Assembly: GCA_002104905.1 (NCBI GenBank)
Contig: MCFE01000077.1
Coordinates: 117,544 to 181,543 of the forward strand
DNA length: 64,000 nt
Source: Basidiobolus meristosporus CBS 931.73
Lineage: Eukaryota; Fungi; Basidiobolomycota
Reading direction: 5' to 3'
Shown: piece by piece, positions 39,201-49,830 of the stretch
Position numbering within the stretch: the stretch's first letter is position 1
Layout of the letters: every line of letters starts with the position of its first letter
Translations under genes and position numbers: made by a program
The notes under the pieces: model-generated
The model's database searches: none
What the model was told of the DNA's origin: nothing
What the model saw: the letters and a program-made list of their open reading frames with translations, nothing else

Positions 39201-40600
39201 TGCTATGTAATCCTGACTGATGAAGCTCCTTGCTACCCCTCTGCCAATTAGGATGCTGATATGTTTCCTATAAATCTCCCCTTCTAAAAATCTAGATGAA
39301 ATCTGTTTGCCAATGTTGTGAAATCTTCTTTTGCTTTGCTCCTGTTGACTAACATCTGGTGACACATGTAATCCTGTCCTTATATTTATCTAGTTGTCTG
39401 TAGCTCCTGGCTGATTACAGCTGCAATATATTCATGGTCCTCAATCCTTTACTGTGTACCCCATGTATCCCAAGTCCAAGGGCTCTGATTCATTATAGCT
39501 ATTAATTTCCCATCATATATGTACACAGAGATAGATTACATCATAGCATTCTGCCAATGAGACTGTAGTGCTCAAGCAAGCAGCATTATGAGCCTCTATA
39601 TGTGCAAGTGTGGTTGGCTTCAACTATCATGGTGAAAAATCTTTAACTTGGAATTTATCTAGTCATCTGCTGGTATGATGCTAGTATTCTAGCAGGTATT
39701 TAGCTGGCATTCAGCTGTTGATTTTCCTTTAGATTTTAGATTCATTCTTTGAAGGAAGTAATAGGCTGCTGATTACTAAATATGTTAAGAGTGCTAGTTG
39801 GCCTAGTCTGCCTTTACAGCATATGCTTACTTGTCTGCCAAATATTTGGTGCCTGAGATCAAAACAGTTATCAGCTTCAGAAGCTTGAAATTCAGCTGAT
39901 ATTATCAGTAGATTGTGCTGGCCTTTTCTTAATTACTCTACCAGTGCTCTAATATGTTTATATCTAGTTAATCTGCAGTTGATATATCTGGTAACTGCAG
40001 CTTAAAGCATTGTAGCTTCTTGGTCAACTCCTTGGCTGACCATATTTGTGGTAAGAGTGCAAGTTTATCCCAGCCTTGTTTAAGCAACTATTGGGTTTAA
40101 ATTTACCTGTCTCCACTACTGCAGATTGGTCAAAATTGACTAATTACATAACTACATCTTCACACACTCCCTGTTGACAGACTTGGTACTATATTGGTGA
40201 GTCATCTGTGAGAAAGGTAGCCACACAAACATGGATGTCAGTCCCTTGTGTTGAGTTAAGTGCTGGGCACCAAAGAATATTAAGTAACAAGATTTGACTT
40301 TTTGTGACACCCTCTTTCCAGTGTATTTGCTTGATTGTTGTATTTTTGCTTTGCAATCAGTTGTTCTATAATTGCACAGTTGGGCTATCAATAATTAGAG
40401 TGATGCAACTTGTTGCTAGAGTGCCTCCATTGAGATTCTTTCCTTCTGAAGTGTTGTAAGTTAGCTGTTTCTTGGTACCTAAGGTCCTCCACTAATGTTA
40501 TATTTTGATACCATCAAATATCCACAAGAGGCCTGTTCATGGTAAATTACTTCTTTCTTCATTTATATTTTAACATGTTTGATAGTCACACTATTTTTTC
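36300..40600 (-). mobile_element. Degenerate Ty3/gypsy LTR-retrotransposon remnants (PR-RT-IN), boundaries approximate
   Basis: Integrase fragments (GLDFIG, AIDHATNWPIAR, EILTDRG, AFHPRTNGKTER) at 36325-37267; decayed RT (ELEELKKQLEEL..KG..PSISPW) at about 38100-38300; protease-like ISILIGRGVARSFIS at about 39200-39270. 40500-40570 repeats the integrase end seen at 36370-36430. Confidence 0.8.
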
Positions 40601-41343
40601 CTAAAGCAGTGCAGCTTTGTCATTCTGCTTGGGCTGTAGTAGTGTTAAGTTCATATGGTACTAGGCCCTTATCTAGAAGCTTATATGATGTTGTCTCAGA
40701 TGATCCTTCCTGTGATCCATGCATATTTTATTACTTGAGTTTGATCCATGTGTATCTCTAACATAAATGTTGTAGTTAGGGCATCTGCATCTTCAAACCA
40801 TCACAGTTAAAGACCTACCCCTAAACCATCTGTCAATTATTACTAAAATTAGGCATATGGCACCAAGGCCTGTATGTAGCAAATGTAGCTCACAAAAGTA
40901 TAAATTGGCAAGTATGTTAGGAAATAAAGCTGTTTTTTGCTTCCTTTCAACCTTGAACATTGAATCCCAATTTCTGGCTAGTGTTGTTGATATTACACAC
41001 TACAATGTAAACTGTTACACTTGTAGAGGGGAATCCCAGTTAAGCAGTGTATCTTTTGGGATTCCATAGAGGGTAGAGTCAATCCAGGTTGCAAGGAAGA
41101 AGATACTTTATTTGCGCACAAGCTTGTCTGAAATTGTTATTCATGGTGTGCCTTTATACTATGTATGCTAATTAGGTTTCAGCGATAAATTAGTGATAAA
41201 TTGGTGCTAGATAGGGTTTTGGTCCAAGTAACTCTATTTGGGTGTAGAATGGCATGATTGCCCTTATATCCATATAGATGGTTGTCTTTTGCGGAGTACC
41301 TACCTCTTATCCTACATGTATACTTTACCCTGTGACACAACAC

Positions 41344-41569
41344 TGTTATGAAAGTCTGAATCCCAACCAGAACAGGCTGCAAGTTGTTGCATATAGAGAT
41401 GCATCAACACCAAAGATCATCAAAGATGATCAAAGACTGATGGGCTAAAGTAAGACAAGTTGTATGCAAATGATCAAGAAATGTATAAAAAGTAGATCCT
41501 ATGCTAAAATAAAGGACAGACCTTGTTACACCAAATAGAAGGATGGGAACTGGCCTGGATTTCATAACA
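41344..41569. mobile_element. Solo LTR of a second family, flanked by ACAC duplications
   Basis: Perfect 10-bp terminal inverted repeat TGTTATGAAA...TTTCATAACA; internal TATAAAA and AATAAA; ACAC at 41340-41343 and 41570-41573. Confidence 0.7.
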
Positions 41570-41993
41570 ACACTGTTATGAATTGAGGGCAAGCGGAGGA
41601 GGACCGGAGGATGTCCAATATGAATCAGAGAGGTTATCTGAATAGTTGATGAACCGGTAAAAGGTTGATGCTTTATTGATAGTGTTCAAAGGAGTTTATA
41701 TAGAGATAGCCTTGGAGGGAGAGCTTCCAATAACGTAGGGCAAGCTTCCAAAAGGAGGGTTCAAGATGTATTAAATAACGTGTGTATCACTGAGTGCGAT
41801 TGATTGTCTGTGTGCAATTCCAGGTGTTTAATCAGTAGTGTTCAAGTGATTGGTAGTGACTAGTTAGGATTTAAATCATAACATACTCCCACACTTAAAG
41901 AGGTTCTTCTCCTGAAGAGTCCTGTCTATTGGACTTGTAATACCAGTATTTGGTTGGTGGTGTCATTGGGTTTTTTAGCTGTGCTTCCTTTAG

Positions 41994-44390
41994 TCAGTCT
42001 CTATGTACTAGGTCCTCCTTTACTTCACCTGACATGTCTGCAAGTTGAAATGTATGGAAGGGCATTTCTCTTGTAATAATAAAGGGTCCAACCCAATGTG
42101 GTTCTAGTTTTAGCCTACTTTCATTTTGGACTAATACAAGCTTTCCCAAAGTTAAGGGTTTTGTTACCACTGTTTTGTTATACTGTTCTTTCATCTTCTC
42201 TACTTTTTGTTTTAAATTCTTGATGGCATCATGTCTTGCATGTCCTAATTCTTCCAGTTCCCTTGTTCTGAATTCCGCCAAGTCTTTTTGGTTCTTTAAG
42301 TCCCAGATGTATGGTGGTAAGGTATCACCTGGGATTCTTGGATGTGTACCATACACTAGGTAGAAGGGGGACTTTTGTGTTGCTGAATGGACTCTAATAC
42401 AACAGGCAAAGAGTGCTCAATGTACAAATTCATCCTACTTATGTTGGGCTCCTTTGACATAAGTAGTCAGCATCTTCCCAAAGAATCCATTGAACCTCTC
42501 TGTAACCCCATTTGTTCTAGGGTGGTATGCTGATGTCTTCAAATGTCTAAACCCCATTATCTGAAGGTATTCTTTCAAGGTTTGTTCCAAAAAGTTTGCT
42601 CCTCTGTCAGACAGAATTTCACCTGGGCATCCAAACTGCATAAAGATTTCCAGGTAAAGGAATTTTGCAACATTTTTTGCAGTAGCTGCTGGCATGGCTT
42701 TTGCTATACACCACTTAGTGGTATGGTCAATTGCAGTTATGATCCACTTGTTCCCTCTTGAAGTTTCAGGCAAGATTCCAATGAAGTCAATTCCCCATCT
42801 GTAGAATGCTGGAACTGGAGTCAGTGGTTCTAATGGGGCATGTTCCTTGTTGTATGGTCTAGCCAGCTGGCACTCAGGGCAGGTCTTGAGGGTCTCAGCT
42901 ATAAATTGTTTGAGTTTAGGCCACCAGGCTCTCCTTTTAGTTATTTCATAAGCTCCTTGGATGCCCGGATGTCCAAAGGCTTTATGATTCTTGATTATCA
43001 TGTCACCTCTGTATACAAATGGAATATATGGTACAGGCCCTATTTCTTCCATGTGTCTGTAAAGTACCTTGTCTTCACCATATGAGAGATTCTCTGCTTC
43101 TTTATTAATATTGGCCCTTACTTCCTGTGATAAATCTTCTGGCATTGTCCGAATTGCCAAGTACTCTGGCATGTATTCTGGCCAGTCAGACTCATGATCT
43201 ACCATTGATATATGTTGCCTTGAGAGTGCATCAGCAACTGTATTCTTTGGCCCAGGGAGGTAGTGGATTTTAAAATCAAATTGTTGTAGTTCTTCAATCC
43301 ATCTACTTATTCTTCTGGATAATAGCTTCTGGGTGTGAATGTATCTTAGGGATGCATGATCTGTATATACCACAAAGTGTTTGCCCTCCAAGTAGCATCT
43401 CCACACTCTCAGACAATGTAGTATGGCATAGAGTTCTTTTTCATGGACTGGGTAGTTTTGTTCAGTTACTGATAGCTTTTTGGACTCATAAGCAACTGGG
43501 TGTTCTTTTTGAGTCAGTACCCCTCCAACAGCTAGATCTGAAGCATCAGTGTATATACAGAAAGGTTCTGAGAAGTCAGGCAACTGAAGCACAGGAGTTT
43601 GGCATAGCTTTTCTTTCAGAGTTAGGAAAGCTGTCTCACAGTTTGGGGTCTGTATATAGTCTTTCTCTTTTTTGGTCAAGTCTGAAAGGGGGGCTGCAAT
43701 AGTTGCAAAGTCCCTGATGAATCTTCTGTAATATGATGCAAGTCCCAGGAAGGATCTCATTTCAGTGAGTGACTTTGGGGCTTCCCATTTCTGGATAGCA
43801 TCTATCTTGGCTGGATCCATGTGTAGTCCTTTATCTGAGATTATGTGACCAAGGTATTCAACTGATCTGGTGAGGAATTCACACTTAGGAAGTTGTGCAT
43901 ATAGCTTGTGCTTTTTTAGTATAGCCAGTACTGTCTTCAAGTGCTTCATGTGGTCATCCATGCTGGTACTATAGATCAGAATGTCATCTAAGTAGACCAG
44001 GACAAATTTCTCTAAATATGGTTCCAGGATGCTATTCATGAGTGTCTGAAATGTTGCTGGGGCATTAGTTAGGCCAAAGCTCATCACAACAGACTCATAA
44101 TGACCATATCTTGTGTTGAATGCTGTCTTAGAGGTGTCTTCAGGTTTAATTCTGATTTGGTGATATCCAGATGCCAGGTCTATTGTAGAGAATATCTTTG
44201 CCTTCCCCAGTTGGTCAAAGAGGGCATCAATTCTTGGTAATGGGTAGGAATTTCTGACAGTGATTGCATTTAGGGCCCTGTAGTCCACACAGAACCGTAG
44301 CTTCCCATCCTTCTTTGGAGCAAAGAGTACTGGAGCTCCCCATGGTGATTTACTGGGTTTTATCCAGCCTTTAGCCAGGTAGTCCTTCAA
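41994..44390 (-). pseudogene. Ty3 pol (RT-RNase H-integrase) with premature stops
   Basis: [57 protein letters not shown]; in-frame TAG/TGA at 42435, about 42417 and 41994. Confidence 0.9.
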
Positions 44391-44467
44391 TGTTTCCTAC
44401 AGAGTCTCCATTTCCTTTGGGGAGAACTTATATGGGGCTCTGTTTCTTGGTTTATCATCTGTTACTT

Positions 44468-46243
44468 CTATGGCATGGTCAATCTCTCTGCTTGGGAGTA
44501 GTGCAGCATTTCCTTGGGAAAAACCTCTTGAAACTCTGCTAACAAGGTCTTGAGCCTGTCATTTGCCACTTCTGTGGTCTCTTGGATTTTGGCAAAGGCT
44601 ATCATGTGCAACAGTTTGGGATTCTGTCTGATAGAGTGGGCAAACTGTTTCTTTGATATGGTGTGTTCTGGTGCATTGCCTTTGTCCAGGGTTGGTTTGG
44701 GTGACAGATGATATTTTGCATCATCCTTGTTGATTACAACTTCCTGAGTCTGCCAGTTTATGTCAGGATTGTGCTTTCTTAGCCAAGTTTGCCCCACATT
44801 GATTTCAAAGTTGGCTTGGGGTATGATAATTGGGGAAATGGTGTCTTGGAAGTTCCTGATTTGTAAAGTCAAGGGTTCAGTCCTGCTGTTCACTATAGCT
44901 GATTCCTTGGTGGCACAGAGGATGTGAGTTGGGGGGCAAGGGATTGTTTGTAGCTTCATCTGATCAGCTACATCTTTTGAAATGTAGACATCAGTTGCTC
45001 CACTGTCAATGAGTACAGAGACACATTGGTTGTTGTTGAGAATCCCTGGGAGTTTCAGCATCTTTGGGGTAGTATATAAGCTCTGAGTCCTCTGATACTC
45101 CTTAACAAGGCTGATTGTGTGCTCCTCCTCCTTAGTGGAGAGCTGGAATACTCTTTGTAATGGCCTCTTTGGGCATTCATTGACTTTATGACCCTGTTCC
45201 TTGCAGTAAAAGCATAGTCCAAGCTTGAAGCATTCCTCTTTAGAAGGTCTTGGTGTGCTCTGCATTACATCTAGGTCCATAGGCTCCAGTGTTTGGGGGT
45301 AGTGTGCACCTTGTTCAGTGATTGGTTGACTACCAATAGGTATGTGGTTATTGGCTTTGAAGCCTGTAGTAGTTCTTGAGTGACTAATTCTGTGATTGAC
45401 AGCCCTTCTGAAGTGTATGGCATCATATCTTTCTGCCAGTTCCATAGCCTCTACTAGGGTTTTGGGGTCTTTGTATTTAATTTCCCATCTAGTGTTGGAT
45501 TTCAGGCCTCTTAGGTATTGCTCAAGTAGTTCAGTATCAGGCATGTTTTGAATTTCCATACTAAGCAAGTTAAACTGCTCATTGTACTCTTGAACAGACT
45601 TGGCTTGAAAGAGTTTGGACAGTTTTTCTCTTGCCATTCTATCAGCATTGATAGGTGTAAACCTCTTTCTCAATGCTTTAACAAAGTCAGCCCAGGAGGC
45701 TATGGGTGGAAAGATGCCCCTATTCATTCCTTGAATGTGAAGTTTCCACCACATGGTTGCTTCCTTTCTGAAAAGTGAACAGGCATAATGCACTTTGACT
45801 TCTTCAGAGTCATCTGAGAAGTATAGGTACTGCTCTACTTCAGATATCCAAGTCTCTAGAGTGGCAGTGTGTCTTTTGCCTTCAAAGATGTTGGGTTTCT
45901 GAAGTTTCAGATTTGTTGCTCTATATTGTTTTGTAAAGTCCAGAGAGCCTTGCCCATCTTCTCCAAGATTCAAGGAATTGGGAGGCACCACAGGTCTTAC
46001 AGATGAGGCTTCACCCTCTCTCTGTATACCTTGACCAGTAAACCATGATCTCTTGGTGTTCACAAAATGTAAAGAGTCCAAGTCTGTCTGCCTACCCATT
46101 CTTGGGTCCAGACTAGGGAGGGCCGCAGGCTCAGTCATGTGGGACTGTCCTTGACCGGCTAACTCAGCAACTTGTTGTTCAAGACTCTCAATATAGGCCA
46201 ACATTTCTTCTGAAGAGCTAAATTTTGGTTTTTCTTCACTCAT
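44468..46243 (-). CDS. Ty3 gag-protease (CCHC knuckle, aspartic protease), frameshifted before RT
   Basis: PNIFEG, YLRGLK, CFYCKEQGHKVNEC, VLIDSGAT. The alternative frame ALLPSREIDHAIEV...APYKFSPKE continues into pol. Confidence 0.88.
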   Translation of the reverse strand: MSEEKPKFSSSEEMLAYIESLEQQVAELAGQGQSHMTEPAALPSLDPRMGRQTDLDSLHFVNTKRSWFTGQGIQREGEASSVRPVVPPNSLNLGEDGQGSLDFTKQYRATNLKLQKPNIFEGKRHTATLETWISEVEQYLYFSDDSEEVKVHYACSLFRKEATMWWKLHIQGMNRGIFPPIASWADFVKALRKRFTPINADRMAREKLSKLFQAKSVQEYNEQFNLLSMEIQNMPDTELLEQYLRGLKSNTRWEIKYKDPKTLVEAMELAERYDAIHFRRAVNHRISHSRTTTGFKANNHIPIGSQPITEQGAHYPQTLEPMDLDVMQSTPRPSKEECFKLGLCFYCKEQGHKVNECPKRPLQRVFQLSTKEEEHTISLVKEYQRTQSLYTTPKMLKLPGILNNNQCVSVLIDSGATDVYISKDVADQMKLQTIPCPPTHILCATKESAIVNSRTEPLTLQIRNFQDTISPIIIPQANFEINVGQTWLRKHNPDINWQTQEVVINKDDAKYHLSPKPTLDKGNAPEHTISKKQFAHSIRQNPKLLHMIAFAKIQETTEVANDRLKTLLAEFQEVFPKEMLHYSQAERLTMP

Positions 46244-46269
46244 TTTGTTTTTGGGTATTGTTTGATTTG

Positions 46270-46660
46270 CGGTAGGCGGGTGTGTTTACCAAGGGGGCTG
46301 GTTCTCTGGCAGAATTGACTGGGTACTGTTTTTTTTTGAGTGATACGGAGGGTTTCTCTGGGAGGTTGGGATGATTTCTGGCAGGTACGGAGGGTATCTC
46401 TGGGAGATCGGGAGAATTTCTGGGAGATTGGGAGGGTTTCGGGCAGGTACGGAGGGTATATCTGGACAATTGGAAGAATATCTGGGAGATCGGAAGAGTT
46501 TCTCTGGGAGGTCAGGGAACGTTTCTGGGAGGTTCGGAGGGTTTCTTTGGGGGGGGGGGTTGGAAGGATTTCTGGGAGATCGGAAGAGTTTCTGAGAGAT
46601 TGGAAAAGTTTCTGGGAGGTACGGAGGTTTTTGTTTTTTTGGAGATTGGAGGTTCGCTGC
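46270..46660. repeat. Degenerate tandem repeat array in the Ty3 5' leader
   Basis: Recurrent TTTCTCTGGGAGG / TCTGGGAGATCGG / TACGGAGGG units between the PBS and the gag ATG. Confidence 0.7.
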
Positions 46661-46986
46661 TACCAATGTTTTGAATTGAGGGCAAGCGGAGGAGGACCGG
46701 AGGATGTCCAATACGAATCAGAGAGGTTATCTGAATAGTTGATGAACCGGTAAAAGGTTGATGCTTTATTGATAGTGTTCAAAGGAGTTTATATAGAGAT
46801 AGCCTTGGAGGGAGAGCTTCCAATAACGTAGGGCAAGCTTCCAAAAGGAGGGTTCAAGATGTATTAAATAACGTGTGTATCACTGAGTGCGATTGATCGT
46901 CTGTGTGCAATTCCAGGTGTTCGATCAGTAGTGTTCAAGTGATTGGTAGTGACTAGTTAGGATTTAAATCATAACAACACGAAGAG

Positions 46987-47059
46987 GGCCTCGTAGCTCA
47001 GTGGATAGAGCGTCCGCCTCCTAAGCGGAAGGTCCCAGGTTCGACCCCTGGCTTGGTTA
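46987..47059 (+). tRNA. tRNA-Arg (anticodon CCT) with weak acceptor stem, possibly a pseudo-tRNA
   Basis: D arm GCTC/GAGC, anticodon stem TCCGC/GCGGA with loop CTCCTAA, T arm CCAGG-TTCGACC-CCTGG; acceptor GGCCTCG/CTTGGTT has two mismatches and two G-U pairs. Confidence 0.8.
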
Positions 47060-48008
47060 TATTTTGAAGATGTAGATAGGTGTGCCGCAAACTCTGGCAA
47101 GCAGTTCAAATAAGCACGTGGGATACAGCGGTGAAGGCACAAATGTGAAACACTAAAAAAAAGATGGGTAGCCCACTTTTGGTCATTTATTGTAAACTGA
47201 CTACGTGATCAAATAATCTCAGAGCTAAATAATCACACCAGTTAGTCGAAGCATTGACTACGCCAAAGTGATTAATCAGCAGCATTCAAAACTTAATTGA
47301 GTGGAAAGAGAAATGCTAGTACCACGAAAGAATTACCTCCTATCAATACGTAGGTTTCGATACCGTGAATTTATTTATGAAACTTGCGGGGACAAAATGA
47401 TACTGCATTATGCTAAGAGTAAAGTGTATCATTTCATGGATATTCCTACAAAATTAGTTGACCAAGTGAGCAAGCTATTGGTGACGAAGTTCTGACTATT
47501 AAACCTTTGCGGTATTGTCACTGAATACTAGCCATAAGTTAATCAGGTAAAATTGTTAGATAATTCTATGCTATACCAGCTAGGCTGATGCATCCGAGTA
47601 CTTCTTACTGGATTCAAGTTGGCAGCAATGTACTTAGTGTCATAAGTGTTGTATGTACGTTGACTTGGGGCACGAGTTTAGGTACTCAGCCAAAGGCCCT
47701 AAAATGTTTCGAGCAGAAGTACTGAGAAATATTACCATGCCAAGGCCGTTTGACATACACTGTTGTTTCCAAGTTTAATTTCAAAGTAATTTCTATTTGA
47801 GATTATGGCAGTTGCATGATGGATGAACAATACAAATTTCCGGGGAAGGCACACTTGATAAAGAAATCAACAGGTCCAGGTAGATAGGGGCCTCGTTTCT
47901 TTCTATTCCATTTGAGGCGGGACAATTTGTTTATTGACAATGATAAAATTGACAGACAGAGCTAGATGGATGATGCATGGCTGGGTGAAGTATGAGACTG
48001 TAGAGCTG

Positions 48009-48608
48009 TTAGTAGCCACAGCGCTGTTTTACCTGTTGGACATCGGTCACATTGGAAAATAGGTCAGCGTAGCTTTCGGCGTATTGGTCGTACACCTTGA
48101 TCCAATTCTGAACACATTCTGTGCACAGTTTATTATCCGGCACATCAGAAAGATCTACGTCCATATGATATCGCAGATCTTTTCCTTCCACCAAGAGACA
48201 GTATTCTTGCTGGGAGTTTTGGGTGCACTCGAGCGCGATCAGTGGTTCGTAGTTCTCTAGCACATAAGAGATCGCCTTCACTACCTTCTGTGGTTCTTGG
48301 GAGCATTCAGTTTGAATCTTACTTACAAGAGTGTCAGTCACTGACTTATCGCAACGTGGTGCTGTACACATGGTGATGAGGAGTGGTGAAAGCTGGTCAG
48401 CATTACTTGGATCATAGTTCTCCCAATCTATGGAGGTGGCTTGTGACCAGATTTGACTAAGCGGTAAACATGGCTCATTGTCAGTCACAATTGATAGTAA
48501 CGATTGCCTACAAGTGGCTGATATCTGGCCAAGATCATTATCTACAGGTGCGGCGTTGGCAACCAAAAGAGTGGAGGCAAATACGGCAGACAAAATGATG
48601 ACTTTCAT
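48009..48608 (-). CDS. Small secreted cysteine-rich protein of unknown function
   Basis: ATG 48608 gives signal peptide MKVIILSAVFASTLLVANA; about ten Cys including CTAPRC and CTECV; intronless. Confidence 0.7.
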   Translation of the reverse strand: MKVIILSAVFASTLLVANAAPVDNDLGQISATCRQSLLSIVTDNEPCLPLSQIWSQATSIDWENYDPSNADQLSPLLITMCTAPRCDKSVTDTLVSKIQTECSQEPQKVVKAISYVLENYEPLIALECTQNSQQEYCLLVEGKDLRYHMDVDLSDVPDNKLCTECVQNWIKVYDQYAESYADLFSNVTDVQQVKQRCGY

Positions 48609-49011
48609 TGTAGAGTAGTTTGTAGCTAGTGAAATGTTGAGATTTTGTAACGGCGGGGTTATCAGATTTATAGCCATAGAAAGCTTGGCTGAATACTTCA
48701 GCCCTCGTATGCCAAGGCATAGGCTTTGTGGCCCAAAAATCAAGGGCTTAGCCGAAAAATATATGAGAGATTGAAATTCACCGTATTCAGATAATTAATT
48801 ATCGCAACTGTAAGTCATAAGCAGTCTAGAGTGGTGAATGTGAAGTTAATTTGAAGAGTCGCACACGTGGGTGAAGAATGTTGAGGAATATACAGAATTG
48901 CATGGATTAACCAAGGTCTGCTAATCAATAAACAAATGCAAGATAATATTTCTAGTAACCTCATTTGTCAGATATCCTGTTATAGGTGATGTATATGTTC
49001 AATGTTTTATC

Positions 49012-49830
49012 CTAGTGCAAGGGAATGCTTCGGGCAAATTGAAAAACGTTTCTGGGATCGTATTTGTTCTCAATGTGAACTAGTCTAACGAAGTTATTCC
49101 CGTAGTAGATCTTCTTCCAGTCCTTTTCGTCGTTATCTACGTAGTTTTGATAGCCTTGGGGGAAATCTGGATGATATATAGCTCTTGACCGATCTCCGTT
49201 GGGTCTTGGCCAGATCATCAACCGCCATACGGGGACCGTTGGTGGCAAAATATAGGAACGACTCGGGCAAACTCATCTTTCGGTTGGTAATCAGCGGGGC
49301 CTTAGGGAGCAGATGGATGATTTCTTGGAACAGTTGTATTTGCTTCGTCGGATTACCAGTTAGAATGGTTCCCGATACCCGAATTGATCCACCAGGCAAG
49401 ATATGGGTGGATTACTAGCAAACCATTCTTGAACCCCAATAAACACGTCACTAAAGTTCTCTGGGCTAGTAGGATACGTGAGTGAGAAAACCGGGAACTT
49501 TTTAGGCGCGTGGAAATAGCGGAATTGCATACGAGCTATGACCTGCACCCAATAGGGCACAGAACAAATCTTTGTTCTTCTTTTTACTAGCAACTAGTCC
49601 GTAGCCCGAATAATCATGACCACACCAACATTAGTTTTGTTGGCGTATCTCACTGCAAGCGTTACATCGTGAGTGCTTGTAGGTCGTACGATAACGGCTG
49701 GAGAAACCTCGGAGAGTCTGTCATTCCAGTTGAATCTTGCCTGGTCGTATCCGGTATGTCCAGGAAGGAATACCTTATGGTGAATCTTATGCAAGCATCG
49801 GGCTATATCAGTGGAAAGTAGCAATTCGGC
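49012..49830 (-). pseudogene. FAD-linked oxidase (berberine-bridge-enzyme-like) pseudogene
   Basis: N-terminal fragment YDQARFNWN..SPAVIVRPTSTHDVTLAVRYA jumps to KDLFCALLGAG without an RSGGH segment; frameshifts; C-terminal BBE motif YQNYVD...YYGNNFVRLVHIENKYDPRNVF. Confidence 0.75.

Larger units (their letters stand above)
41574..46976 (-). mobile_element. Full-length Ty3/gypsy LTR retrotransposon, mutated copy
   Basis: 310-bp LTRs at 41574-41883 and 46667-46976 (5 differences), TG...CA ends, 4-bp TSD ACAC, PBS TGGTAGCAGCG (initiator-Met-like) at about 46655-46665, PPT-like TTAAGTGTGGGAGTA; domain order gag-PR-RT-RH-IN. Confidence 0.95.

Noticed and set aside
41013-41339. Possible third LTR (TGTTACA...TGTGACACA) abutting the ACAC stack
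   Set aside because: Imperfect termini, the left flank is AAAC rather than ACAC, and there is no partner LTR in the window.
42435-44400. RIP as the cause of transposon decay
   Set aside because: Only two inferred CpA>TpA changes against several CpG events, and the LTRs and LINE copies are not hypermutated.
46270-46660. Repeat array as CRISPR-like
   Set aside because: Units are degenerate and contiguous with no unique spacers; it lies in a eukaryotic retrotransposon leader.
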